Source: Zymomonas mobilis subsp. mobilis ATCC 10988 (lineage in GTDB: Bacteria; Pseudomonadota; Alphaproteobacteria; Sphingomonadales; Sphingomonadaceae). Taken from it: a stretch of DNA of 32,000 nucleotides. Numbering within the stretch: the stretch's first letter is position 1; each line of letters opens with the position of its first letter. The stretch is taken from positions 1,650,001-1,682,000 of the forward strand of contig NC_017262.1 of NCBI RefSeq assembly GCF_000175255.2, in the 5' to 3' direction. The notes beneath the pieces are model-generated. The model saw nothing but the letters and a program-made list of their open reading frames with translations. It was not told the DNA's origin and did no database searches. Below are positions 18,746-30,441 of the stretch, piece by piece. The translations under genes were made by a program, and so were the position numbers.

Positions 18746-20329
18746 TTACAGGAAGTGGAGCGATTTCACTTCACGCACGCCGGATAATTCGGCAACTTTC
18801 GCCATTTTCCCAGCCGTAACAGGCGAATCGACCGATAATAACAGCACGGCTTCCCCGCCCGTATTCCGGCGACCCAGATGGAAAGTGCCGATATTGACAC
18901 CGGCTTTACCCAAAAGGGTGCCAAGCCGACCGATAAATCCGGGGGCATCATCATTGACGATATACAGCATATCGCCGCTTAGATTGGCTTCGACCTTGAT
19001 GCCAAAAATTTCAACCAGTCTTGTGCCTTCGGAACCAAATAGGGTTCCTGCAACTGATTTTTCCTGTCCTTTATCATCGCGCGAAGTGACCCGTATCAAG
19101 GTATGATAGGCACCTTCGCGATCATGACGGATTTCGCGGACATCCAATCCCCGCTCACGCGCAAGGAAGGGCGCATTAACCATATTCACTGACTGGGAAT
19201 ACACACCCATCAAGCCAGAAAGGACAGCACTGGTGATTGGTTTTTGGTCAAGATGGGCAGCTGCGCCTTCGACTTCGATCGAAACTGATTTGATCTTATC
19301 GCCTTCCAATTGACCGAGCAGACGACCCAGTTGTTCGGAAAGAGCCATATAGGGTCTAACCCTTGGGGCTTCTTCGGCTGAAAGGGACGGCATATTCAGG
19401 GCATTGGAAACACCCCCCGTCAACAGATAGTCAGCCATCTGTTCGGCAACCTGAATAGCAACATTGACCTGTGCTTCGGTGGTGGATGCACCAAGATGTG
19501 GCGTGGCGATGAAGTTAGGAACGCCAAATAACGGATTTTCCTTGGCCGGTTCTTTCAAGAACACATCCAAAGCTGCCCCGGCAACATGACCGGATTCCAA
19601 AGCGTCTTTCAAGGCTTCTTCATCAATCAGGCCGCCACGGGCGCAGTTGATAATTCGGACGCCTTTTTTGGTTTTCGCCAGATTTTCGCGAGACAGAATA
19701 TTTCTGGTCTGATCGGTCAAAGGCACATGCAGGGTAATGAAGTCGGCTTTATGAAGCAGCGTCTCAAGATCAGCCTTTTCAATGCCCAATTCCAAGGCTC
19801 GTTCCGGCGTTAAAAATGGGTCATAGGCAATGACCTTCATTTTAAGACCAACCGCCCGATCGGCGACGATCGAACCAATATTACCAGCACCAATCAAGCC
19901 AAGGGTTTTTCCAGAAACCTCGACCCCCATAAATCGGTTCTTTTCCCATTTGCTTGCCTGCGTCGAGGCATTGGCTTCGGGAATTTGACGCGCCAAAGCA
20001 AACATCAAGGCAATGGCCTGTTCCGCGGTAGTGATCGAGTTACCAAAAGGGGTATTCATGACAACAATACCCGCCGCCGAGGCTGCTGGAATATCAATAT
20101 TGTCAACACCGATGCCCGCGCGGCCGATGACCTTTAAATTTTTAGCTTCGGCAATGATGTCTTTGGTAACTTTGGTTGCCGAACGAATGGCCAAACCATC
20201 ATAGTCATTGATGATTTTCTTCAGTTCTTCAGGGGACAGGCCGGTAATCTGATCGACTTCAACGCCGCGTTCACGAAAGACTTCGGCGGCACGAGGATCC
20301 ATTTTATCGGAAATCAAAACTCTGGTCAT
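18746..20329 (-). CDS. serA: D-3-phosphoglycerate dehydrogenase
   Basis: MTRVLISDKMDPRAAEVF, GRAGIGVDNID, ASTQAS-NRFMGVEVSGKTLGLIGAGNIG and a C-terminal ACT domain. The conserved start is ATG at 20329, 11 codons inside the track ORF. Confidence 0.95.
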   Translation of the reverse strand: MTRVLISDKMDPRAAEVFRERGVEVDQITGLSPEELKKIINDYDGLAIRSATKVTKDIIAEAKNLKVIGRAGIGVDNIDIPAASAAGIVVMNTPFGNSITTAEQAIALMFALARQIPEANASTQASKWEKNRFMGVEVSGKTLGLIGAGNIGSIVADRAVGLKMKVIAYDPFLTPERALELGIEKADLETLLHKADFITLHVPLTDQTRNILSRENLAKTKKGVRIINCARGGLIDEEALKDALESGHVAGAALDVFLKEPAKENPLFGVPNFIATPHLGASTTEAQVNVAIQVAEQMADYLLTGGVSNALNMPSLSAEEAPRVRPYMALSEQLGRLLGQLEGDKIKSVSIEVEGAAAHLDQKPITSAVLSGLMGVYSQSVNMVNAPFLARERGLDVREIRHDREGAYHTLIRVTSRDDKGQEKSVAGTLFGSEGTRLVEIFGIKVEANLSGDMLYIVNDDAPGFIGRLGTLLGKAGVNIGTFHLGRRNTGGEAVLLLSVDSPVTAGKMAKVAELSGVREVKSLHFL

Positions 20330-20352
20330 AACAGGAATCTCCCGACGACTGC

Positions 20353-20370
20353 CCTGCGCCATGGCGCAGG
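20353..20370. repeat. 18-bp perfect palindrome between serC and serA
   Basis: CCTGCGCCATGGCGCAGG is its own reverse complement. The stem can extend with a 1-nt bulge to CTGC...GCAG. Confidence 0.6.
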
Positions 20371-20400
20371 CAGCGTCATCTTCACATTATTGGAAGGGAA

Positions 20401-21561
20401 TTAGTCTTTCTGGATTTGAGCCCAAGCCCAATCAAGCCAAGGCGTCAGCGCTGCGATATCCGAGGCTTCTACCGTGGCACCGCACCAGACGCGCAATCCC
20501 GGAGGGGCGTCTCTGTGGCCTGCGATATCATAAGCAGCCCCTTCGGCTTCCAATAAGCCTGCCAATTTTTTTACCAAAGCGGCTTTGGCAGTATCATCCA
20601 GACCGGCCACGGCTTTATCTGAGAATTTCAGGCAAGGGCTGGTATTGGAACGGATAGCCGGATCAGCCACCAGATGTTCAATCCAGTCGGTTTTTTCTAC
20701 CCATGTATCCAATGTGGCAGCATTCTTGTTACAACGCGCCATCAAGGCCGATAAACCGCCTAATTCTTCAGCCCATTCCAGCGCCCAGATATAATCTTCA
20801 ACGGCTAAAAGGGAGGGGGTATTAATCGTGCTGCCTTTAAAGATGGCTTCATCCAGCTTGCCATTCTTGGTCAAGCGGAAGATTTTGGGCAACGGCCATG
20901 CTGGTGTATAGCTTTCCAGCCGTTCGACTGCGCGCGGGCTAAGAATAATAATGCCATGCGCCGCTTCACCCCCTAAAACCTTCTGCCAAGAAAAGGTAAT
21001 AACATCCAGTTTTTCAAAAGGCAGCGGCTGGGCAAAACAGGCCGAGGTTGCATCGGCAATCATCAAGCCTTCATGGTCTGGTTTAATCCAGTCACCATTC
21101 GGGACTTTGACACCAGAGGTTGTCCCGTTCCATGTAAAGACGACGTCATTAGACTGATCGACCTTGGACAGATCCGGCAATTCACCATAGGGCGCTTTTA
21201 AAACAGTCGGATTGATCTTCAACTGTTTAACGGCATCGGTAATCCAACCGAGGCCAAAACTTTCCCAACCTAAAACGGTTGCAGGTCTTGCGCCCAATAA
21301 TGACCACATTGCCATTTCAACCGCGCCGGTATCAGAAGCCGGAACAATACCGATCCGATAGTTATCAGGCACTTCTAATATTTTGCGGGTCAGTTCAATG
21401 GCATATTGCAGGCGACTTTTGCCTATAGAACCGCGATGGGAACGCCCCAAAGAGCCTAATGCCAATTTTTCAGGAGACCATCCTGGCGGTTTCGCACAGG
21501 GGCCAGACGAGAATTGTGGACGGTTTGGTTTGACCGTCGGACGAACAGAATAATCAGTCAT
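20401..21561 (-). CDS. serC: Phosphoserine aminotransferase
   Basis: [82 protein letters not shown]. Likely start is ATG at 21561, with GAGGAG upstream. Confidence 0.93.
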   Translation of the reverse strand: MTDYSVRPTVKPNRPQFSSGPCAKPPGWSPEKLALGSLGRSHRGSIGKSRLQYAIELTRKILEVPDNYRIGIVPASDTGAVEMAMWSLLGARPATVLGWESFGLGWITDAVKQLKINPTVLKAPYGELPDLSKVDQSNDVVFTWNGTTSGVKVPNGDWIKPDHEGLMIADATSACFAQPLPFEKLDVITFSWQKVLGGEAAHGIIILSPRAVERLESYTPAWPLPKIFRLTKNGKLDEAIFKGSTINTPSLLAVEDYIWALEWAEELGGLSALMARCNKNAATLDTWVEKTDWIEHLVADPAIRSNTSPCLKFSDKAVAGLDDTAKAALVKKLAGLLEAEGAAYDIAGHRDAPPGLRVWCGATVEASDIAALTPWLDWAWAQIQKD

Positions 21562-21650
21562 AAATAAAACTCTCCTCACAGAGAGCACGCGCTGCGTTGG
21601 GACAGCGTGGCCCGTTCACCTTTCTAAGGAGATTCTGACCTTGGTCAATT
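21562..21650 (-). promoter_or_regulatory. Probable serC leader RNA (alphaproteobacterial serC motif), with final stem sequestering the ribosome-binding site
   Basis: Minus-strand RNA ...GAACGGGCCACGCUGUCCCAACGCAGCGCGUGCUCUCUGUGAGGAGAGUUUUAUUU-AUG. CGCUG/CAGCG forms one hairpin and CUCUC/GAGAG a second whose 3' arm contains the Shine-Dalgarno. Placement and architecture fit the described serC motif; assignment is from memory, without covariance-model scoring. Confidence 0.6.
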
Positions 21651-22022
21651 CTGATTAGCCGAATAGTTTATTATTTTATTGGTCATAGAAATGAAAATCT
21701 TCATTTCTACGAGGAATAACCGCTTTAAAATTCTAAAATAACTTTTTGATGAAATTAAAATTTGAAAAATTAAAAATAAAAAATATTAAATTGAAGCATA
21801 ATATTGCTATTTAGCATTAAAAATATGTTGTTATTTTTTGAAATAAATTATTTTTAACTCTGAAATGGCATTTTATTTAGTAATTCTTTTTTATTCTATT
21901 TTAATGAAAAGAAAATCTTTAAAATGAAACGCGCTGCCACCCAAAAGCCTGATCGAAAAAGACGAATCCCATTCAATCAGGCTCGTAAGATTTTCTTAAA
22001 ATGAGCCGAGGCCGATCAATTT

Positions 22023-23123
22023 TTAAAAACCAGCTTCAAATGCAGATTGGATATCAGAAAGTTTGTTTTTGCCATTGGCTATTAAAATCTGAAGAAGGAT
22101 GCGTGCTTTCTGGGGCGAAAGATCATAAGAGACAACAAAGTCGTTTTTGTCATCATTGACCTCGACATTGCGATTCACAAAGCCTGATCCGGTTCTGGAT
22201 GAACGCACAACAATCACGCCTTGTTTGACGGCAAGATTGAGGGCAGCCATCGCTTCTTTTGAACTATTCCCGTCACCAACACCGGCAAGAATAATGCCTT
22301 TCACGCCCGTTTTGATGAGATCATTGATAATTGAAGCCCCCATACCGCTATGGGCGTAAAGGATTTCGACCGCAGGCAAAGGCGCAGTCGTCGGAAGGCC
22401 ATAGCTTGGGACAGGCTGTTTTTTCGGCTCAATAAACCGCACCGAAGCCGGATCGACATAACCGATAGGCCCTGCATTGATGGACTGAAAGGTTTCGACG
22501 GCGGTTGTGTGGGTTTTGCTTGCCCATCTGGCGGCATGAATAGTGTCATTCATGACGATCATGACGCCATGATCTTTGGCCTTGGGGTTGGCCGCGACTT
22601 CAATCGCCTCATATAAATTGGCGGGACCATCTGCACCAATGGCAGTACTAGGGCGCATGGCGCCTGTCAGAATAATCGGCTTGTCGGTGCGAATAACCGT
22701 ATCAAGGAAAAAGGCGGTTTCTTCCATGGTATCGGTGCCATGGGTAATCACAATACCATCCGCTTCGTTATGGGCGACGGCGTCTTGGATGCGCTTGGCC
22801 AAACGCAGCCATATCGCATCATTCATATCTTGCGAGCCGATATTGGCAATTTGTTCGACATTGATTTCAGCGAGTTTAGCTAATTCCGGTATATCTTCAA
22901 CGAGCTGTTTTCCAGTAACGCCGCCTGCATTATAGCCGATTTCGGACATTCCATTTTTCTTGCCGGAAATCGTGCCGCCCGTTGCCAGAACTAAAATGCG
23001 CGGTAACGTCTGAATTGAATGAACCTGATTATTCATAGATATCGCCGGAGTAGCCCCCATCATCATGCATATTGCCAAGGCCGCAGCAGAAGAGGCCTTA
23101 ACAGGGATTTTAAAAATCATCAT
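22023..23123 (-). CDS. ansB: Type II L-asparaginase with signal peptide
   Basis: N-terminal hydrophobic signal (ASSAAALAICMMMGATPAISM), ILVLATGGTISGKKNG, VITHGTDTMEETAFFLD, GAMRPSTAIGADGPANLYEA. Confidence 0.93.
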   Translation of the reverse strand: MMIFKIPVKASSAAALAICMMMGATPAISMNNQVHSIQTLPRILVLATGGTISGKKNGMSEIGYNAGGVTGKQLVEDIPELAKLAEINVEQIANIGSQDMNDAIWLRLAKRIQDAVAHNEADGIVITHGTDTMEETAFFLDTVIRTDKPIILTGAMRPSTAIGADGPANLYEAIEVAANPKAKDHGVMIVMNDTIHAARWASKTHTTAVETFQSINAGPIGYVDPASVRFIEPKKQPVPSYGLPTTAPLPAVEILYAHSGMGASIINDLIKTGVKGIILAGVGDGNSSKEAMAALNLAVKQGVIVVRSSRTGSGFVNRNVEVNDDKNDFVVSYDLSPQKARILLQILIANGKNKLSDIQSAFEAGF

Positions 23124-23218
23124 CGGACGCCCCTGTTACAGATTATAAAGTTAACTGTTAATATAAAGCGTCACTTTTTGCATGATGAATAGAGAGACTA
23201 CTCCGACAAAATCAAAAA

Positions 23219-24823
<1,605 letters not shown>

Positions 24824-24840
24824 TTATCTAATTGAAATAT

Positions 24841-26535
24841 CTAGGAAAAAGCGACCACCAGCGGGCCCAACAAGGTCAAAAGAACGTTGGCAATGGCATA
24901 GGTGATAGCGAAAGACGTTGTCGGAACAGCGTTACCGGCTTTATTAAGGATTTCGCCCAAAGCAGGATTGGCACTGCGGGAGCCCGCCAGCGCACCAGCA
25001 AAAACAGCTGTGTTTTTATATTGCAGGACATAACGCCCAAACAGCATGGTGATAATCAAAGGCACAATCGACACCACGACACCCAGCATAAAGAGGGTGA
25101 TACCCTGTTGCATGATGGTGGTGACGGCTTGCTGTCCAGTCTGGAGACCTGTGACCGCCACAAAACCGGATAAGCCGAAATCAACCAACAAGGTTGAGGC
25201 TGCCATTGGCATATTGCCGCTTTTGCTATGGCGATTTTGATACCAGCCGAATAACAGGCCAGAGAGAAGCGCGCCGCCGCCGCTCCCTAAGGTCAAAGGA
25301 ATAGACCCTAATCTGACAACGATCAGACCAATGAGTAACCCGACAACAAGCCCCACGCCATGAAAGACAAGGTCTGTTTTAAGGCTTCTGGTCAGTAGGC
25401 TGCCCAATTCCTTGGCTACCCGATCGACATCTTTGCGTGTGCCATAAAGCGTCACAATATCGCCCGACAAAATATGCAGATCAGAGGTAAGCGGTAAGGT
25501 TTTATCGCCGCGTTTCAGTCCCAGAAAATAAACACCGTGGCGTGCTACTTGGGATAAAATTTGGCTACATTCGGCTACTGATTTTCCGACAAAGGCCTTA
25601 TTCGTCAAAAGAACATCATGGCGAACAATCACCACATCCATATCATGCGGCGGCTGTTTTATTTCTTCGCCCAGCAATTCTCCCGTCGAAATAACATCGG
25701 CACGATGTCCGAACAGCAAAAGGAGGTCTCCGGCTTCGACGGTGCTGTCTTGCGTCACAGCGACAAGATTTTTCTGTCTCCGAATCTGTTCAACGGTGAC
25801 GTGATCGCTTTCAATCTGTTGGACAGATTGGCCTGCTTTTTTCACCTGATAGACGCGGCTGACAAATTCAGACAAAGCGGGGCGTTCACCGTCGCCATAA
25901 ACAGCCATGCCTTGCATTTGTTCGGCTTCAGCGGTGAGGGCGTCTTCACGCAGCCCTCTTTTCATCAACCAAGGTAGAATATTGACGCAGATAATAATCG
26001 GGGCAAGCGACCCGAATATATAGGTCACAGCATAGCCGACGGCGACATGGCCTTGTAACATCTGGGTTTGAGCCAGCGGCAAGCCTAGTTTTTCCAAAGC
26101 AGAACTGGCCGTTCCGATAATAGCAGATTGGGTCAATCCACCGGCGGCGACACCCGCGGCCAAACCTTTATCGAGATGAAACATTCTGGCTACGGCTAAA
26201 ACGGTAAAAAGACCGGATATAGCCAAAACAAAGGCCATCAGCACTTCACGCAAAGATTGCCGTCCCAGAGATTTGAAAAACTGGGGGCCACTTTGAAAAC
26301 CGACAGCATAGATAAAAAGGGCAAACAGAACTGTTTTCAGCCCTGAATCAATATGGATACCAATCTGGCTTATCAGGACAGCCGCCAATAAAGAACCGGC
26401 GACTCCTCCGATTTGTAAGGATCCAAAACGGAATTTTCCTATCCAATAGCCGATGGCAATTGCCAAAAAGAGGGCAATTTCAGGGTTGTTTCTTAACAAT
26501 GTCTGCAAAAATTCTAATATTACCATCACAGACAA
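24841..26535 (-). CDS. aspT: Aspartate:alanine antiporter (AAE family, with TrkA-C domains)
   Basis: 564 aa: 10+ hydrophobic segments with two central RCK/TrkA-C-like regions, GLTQSAIIGTASSAL and FAGALAGSRSANPALGEILNKAGNAVPTTSFAITYAIANVLLTLLGP. Confidence 0.88.
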   Translation of the reverse strand: MSVMVILEFLQTLLRNNPEIALFLAIAIGYWIGKFRFGSLQIGGVAGSLLAAVLISQIGIHIDSGLKTVLFALFIYAVGFQSGPQFFKSLGRQSLREVLMAFVLAISGLFTVLAVARMFHLDKGLAAGVAAGGLTQSAIIGTASSALEKLGLPLAQTQMLQGHVAVGYAVTYIFGSLAPIIICVNILPWLMKRGLREDALTAEAEQMQGMAVYGDGERPALSEFVSRVYQVKKAGQSVQQIESDHVTVEQIRRQKNLVAVTQDSTVEAGDLLLLFGHRADVISTGELLGEEIKQPPHDMDVVIVRHDVLLTNKAFVGKSVAECSQILSQVARHGVYFLGLKRGDKTLPLTSDLHILSGDIVTLYGTRKDVDRVAKELGSLLTRSLKTDLVFHGVGLVVGLLIGLIVVRLGSIPLTLGSGGGALLSGLLFGWYQNRHSKSGNMPMAASTLLVDFGLSGFVAVTGLQTGQQAVTTIMQQGITLFMLGVVVSIVPLIITMLFGRYVLQYKNTAVFAGALAGSRSANPALGEILNKAGNAVPTTSFAITYAIANVLLTLLGPLVVAFS

Positions 26536-26973
26536 CTTTAATATTGGTTAATGAACATCGGCGATTTATGCCTTAAACAAATCTTATCAAGAAAATATCT
26601 AAATATTTGAGCTATTTTTATTGTCTAAAGATAAGAAAACTTCTTAATGGAACAATATGAATATTTTTGGATATTTTAATAATGAGTTAAATTTATATTT
26701 TTTCGATCGGTAATTTTTAAATTTAATTTTAACGTAGCGATATAAAATAAGGCATTCGTGGGCTTTCGCTTGCCTCGATAAGGAAGATATCCGTCTGAAT
26801 CTTGCTTGGGCTTCATTATTTCACGCTCAATGATAGAATAGACACCAGGGCTATAACCGCGACAGATGATGCCTTTCCTTGATTAAAACAGCCCTGAAAG
26901 AGCGCTTTCTAATCTCTATCACGAGGCTATAATTTTTCTGACAGGGCGTTAAAGGCTGGCTTTTCCTGATAAT

Positions 26974-27657
26974 TTGCCGTTAATTCAGAATATTATGGCT
27001 GATTTTCGCATTTTATCTTGTCTGCTTCTTTTTATTTTGGCGTCCTGTTCCGGTTCTTCTCCTCATAAAAGAAGATCGGGAAGCACGGCTTCGCATCCAA
27101 TCGCAACGCCTGTGCCAAGTAGCGGTGATTTCCATCATTGTTTAGGCGATCTCAATAAAGAAGGTGTCCATTACCAATTGGTGCCAGACCGGACATTCGA
27201 TAACGGCTGCTCTATTTATCATGCGGTCACCATGACATCAGCACAGGTGCCGATAACCCATTTGGGGCCTTTGCAATGTCCAGCCGCCGAAAATCTGGCG
27301 TATTGGATTGATGATGCTGTGTTGAAATCAGCCAAAGTTTGGTTGGGCAGTCCTGTTATAAAGGTCGAAACTTTCGGCAGTTACAGTTGTCGGACACGGA
27401 ATAGTCGGGCTGGGGCAAAAATTTCGGAACATGGCCGTGCCAATGCGGTTGATATATCGGCGTTCGATTTAGCCGATGGCCGCCGTATTACGGTTAAAGA
27501 GGGTTGGCGACATGGTGATCGCCATACGAAAGATTTTCTCCGCTCTGTTTTCCATGCGGCTTGTCGGCGTTTTTCGGTTGTTATCAGCCCTGACGGGGAT
27601 GAATACCATCAAGACCATATCCATATGGATTTAGGTCAAAGCCAATATTGCCACTAA
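26974..27657 (+). CDS. Extensin-like C-terminal-domain family protein, probable lipoprotein
   Basis: LLLFILASCSG lipobox; conserved VETFGSYSCRTRNSRAGAKISEHGRANAVDISAFDLADGRRITVKEGW...FHQDHIHMD-type core. Confidence 0.85.
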   Translation: MPLIQNIMADFRILSCLLLFILASCSGSSPHKRRSGSTASHPIATPVPSSGDFHHCLGDLNKEGVHYQLVPDRTFDNGCSIYHAVTMTSAQVPITHLGPLQCPAAENLAYWIDDAVLKSAKVWLGSPVIKVETFGSYSCRTRNSRAGAKISEHGRANAVDISAFDLADGRRITVKEGWRHGDRHTKDFLRSVFHAACRRFSVVISPDGDEYHQDHIHMDLGQSQYCH

Positions 27658-27858
27658 TCGCATTCTTCCTGTGAAATGTATTTTTAAAAAGGCCTTTTCG
27701 TGAGTAATCGCACTATCACTCCTGATGCGCTTGATGATGTCATCAATGCCAGCCATGTTCTAAAAACGCCTCAAACCACCAATCCTTCTTTTAAACTGGC
27801 CTTTCAGGATAGCGATTTTCTGCTGCGGGAAGAATTACGCCCTGTGCGATTTCAGTTA

Positions 27859-28705
27859 GGCTCAGGACCTGTTAATTTCTTGAGTTGAGCGGGCTGTTGT
27901 GATTCACAGGTTTACCGATGGAGGTGAAGCTGTAAGTGACGTGTTTTTGCTGTCTGAGCACCAGATGGAACGGATTAAGCCGTTTTTTCCACTGGCGCAT
28001 GGTGTGCCGCGTGTCGATGACCGTCGTGTCCTGAGCGGGATCGTTTACGTGATCCGCAACGGCCTTCAGTGGAAAGACGCCCCGAAAGCGTATGGCCCGC
28101 ACAAGACTTTATACAACCGGTTTATCCGGTGGAGCCGCCTGGGTGTCTTTGACCGGATCTTCGTCGCCCTGACGGAGCAGGCAGGCCGTTCGAAGCGTCT
28201 GATGATCGATGCAACACATCTGAAAGCACACCGGACAGCGGCCTCCCTGCTCAAAAAGGGGCTTTTCCCCGCCATATCGGACGCACGAAAGGCGGACTGA
28301 ACTCAAAGCTTCACGCTGTATGCGATAGTCAGGGCCGCCCTGTCCGGCTGCATCTGACCGCAGGTCAGGTCAGTGACTTCAAAGGCGCGGATGTTCTGCT
28401 GGCAAATCTGCCGGAAGAAACACAAGAAATTCTCGGGGACCGGGGATACGACAGTAATAAAATCAGACAGTCTCTCGCAGACCGGAATATCACCGCCTGT
28501 ATTCCGCCGAAGAAGAACCGGAAATCAAAGCCGCCTTACGACTGGCATCTGTATAAAAAGCGTCACCTCATCGAAAATATGTTCGCAAAGCTCAAAGACT
28601 GGCGGCGTGTCGCAACACGATACGACCGGTGCGCTCACATATTCATGTCAGCAATCCATATCGCAGCAAGTTTCATCTTCTATCTCAAAGAATGAGTCCT
28701 GAGCC
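27859..28705 (+). mobile_element. IS5-family (IS427-like) insertion sequence, copy 2, 847 bp
   Basis: Same length and terminal repeats as copy 1, TA at both flanks. I saw two differences from copy 1: g4942 versus a27934, and c5648 versus t28640. Confidence 0.95.
27899..28695 (+). CDS. IS5-family transposase, -1 frameshift fusion (ORF1 27899-28300)
   Basis: Same architecture as copy 1. The c5648 to t28640 change alters one residue (T to I) in ORF2; the g/a change is silent in ORF1. Confidence 0.88.
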
Positions 28706-29483
28706 TAGAACTTCTGAAGCCTGATATCATTCTGAAAGAAGCCGGTATTGAATCTACCTTTGTCTTTTATGGTTCTGCCCGTATTCCATCCCCCGAACAG
28801 GCGGATGAAATGCTCCAGACAGCCAAGGATGAAAAAGCAAAGAAGATAGCTCAAAGTCTGGCTGATAAAAGCCGCTATTATACCGAAGCGCGAAAGCTAG
28901 CCCGTATTGTCAGCGAGATTCCTCAGCCTGATCCTCAAAAACGCCATCTTGTCGTTTGCTCGGGCGGCGGGCCTTCCATTATGGAAGCGGCCAATCGCGG
29001 CGCGCATGATGTAGGTGCGCCCTCTATCGGTTTTGGCATTGTTTTGCCTTTTGAAACGGCACCCAATCCTTATATTACCCCTGATTTATCTTTCCAGTTT
29101 CACTATTTTGCCCTGCGAAAAACCCATCTGATGTTAAGGGCGCGGGCTTTTGCGATTTTTCCGGGTGGCTTCGGAACATTGGACGAAGTGTTTGAATTGC
29201 TTACCTTGATTCATACCCATCGACTGGAAGCGGTGCCTATTCTTTTCTATGGGCGAGATTTCTGGAATAAAATCATCAATTTCGATGCTTTGGTTGAAGA
29301 AGGCATGATCTCTGCCGAAGATTTACGCTTTTTCCAATTTGTCGATACCGCCGAAGAAGGATGGGCGGTCATTTGTGATTTTTGGCAACATGATAAAACG
29401 GGACGGGTTCCGATCGATTTTGAATGAAGCCAGAAACGGCCTTTATTCCCCGTCTCAATTTTTACATTTTATGGAGCAGTTAC

Positions 29484-30437
29484 TTGTCGGATAGCGATGG
29501 TAAGTCTAATCACACAGACATGATGGACGATTATTCGGCGTCTGCAAAGGCTTTGGTAGCCGAGATGCAGGCTAAGGCGGCTTTGTCGCCAACCAAGGCC
29601 GTTGCCTTTCAAGGTGCGCCCGGCTGTAATTCAAATATCGCGATACAGGATCTTTTCCCTGACAGTTTGCCGCTTCCCTGCTTTAGCTTTGCGGATGCTT
29701 TGACGGCGGTCAAGGAAGGACGTGCCGGTCGGGCGATGATTCCGATTGAAAATTCGTTAAATGGCCGCGTTGCCGATATGCATTTTCTGTTACCGGAATC
29801 GGGACTGACTATTCAGGCAGAATATTTTTTGCCCATCAATCATTGCTTGGTTGCACCCAAAGGGGCAGGCGAAATCACCCATGTTTTGAGCCATCCACAG
29901 GCTTTGGGGCAATGCCGTCATTGGTTGCAGGCCCATAACCTCCGCGCTTTGGCTCATGCCGATACCGCAGGGGCGGCGGCAGAAGTGGCTGACCGGAAAC
30001 AAGCTGGGTTAGCGGCTTTATCTCCGGCTTTGGCCGCGAAACTCTATGGGTTGGAAATCCTTGAAAAGGGTATTGCCGATGGTGATACCAATATTACCCG
30101 CTTTGTTGTTCTCGCCGAAGCCGACACCGCTTTGCAAGATCTTCCCCCGATTAGACAAAATTTATCAGGAAAAATGATGACCAGCTTGCTGTTTACCGTC
30201 AAAAACACACCTTCCGCCTTATTGAACGCGATTAAGGGCTTTGGTGATAATCAAGTAAATATGACCAAGCTTGAAAGCTATCAGCATGGTGCCAGCTTTT
30301 CCGCGACCCAATTCTATGCGGATGTCGAAGGCGAACCTTCCGAAGATAATGTCGCACGGGCTTTAGATATTTTGCAAGAAAATGCCTGCGATCTCCGTAT
30401 CTTGGGTGTGTATGCCCAAGCGCGCCCGCGCCAATAA
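29484..30437 (+). CDS. pheA: Prephenate dehydratase
   Basis: VAFQGAPGCNSNIAIQDLFP, MIPIENSLNGRVADMHFLL, NITRFVVLAE and a C-terminal ACT domain (LLFTVKNTPSALLNAIKGFGDNQVNMTKLES). Possible TTG start at 29484 with GGAG upstream; the track start at 29424 overlaps the LOG stop. Confidence 0.93.
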   Translation: MSDSDGKSNHTDMMDDYSASAKALVAEMQAKAALSPTKAVAFQGAPGCNSNIAIQDLFPDSLPLPCFSFADALTAVKEGRAGRAMIPIENSLNGRVADMHFLLPESGLTIQAEYFLPINHCLVAPKGAGEITHVLSHPQALGQCRHWLQAHNLRALAHADTAGAAAEVADRKQAGLAALSPALAAKLYGLEILEKGIADGDTNITRFVVLAEADTALQDLPPIRQNLSGKMMTSLLFTVKNTPSALLNAIKGFGDNQVNMTKLESYQHGASFSATQFYADVEGEPSEDNVARALDILQENACDLRILGVYAQARPRQ

Positions 30438-30441
30438 AATA

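Larger units (their letters stand above)
27700..29427 (+). pseudogene. LOG-family (TIGR00730-like) protein gene interrupted by IS copy 2
   Basis: 27700-27858 (53 codons, ending ...LREELRPVRFQL) and 28708-29427 (240 codons including stop, ELLKPDIILKEAGIESTFVFYGSARIPSP...GGGPSIMEAANRGA...FPGGFGTLDEVFELLT) join in frame when the IS and one TA are removed. Confidence 0.93.
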
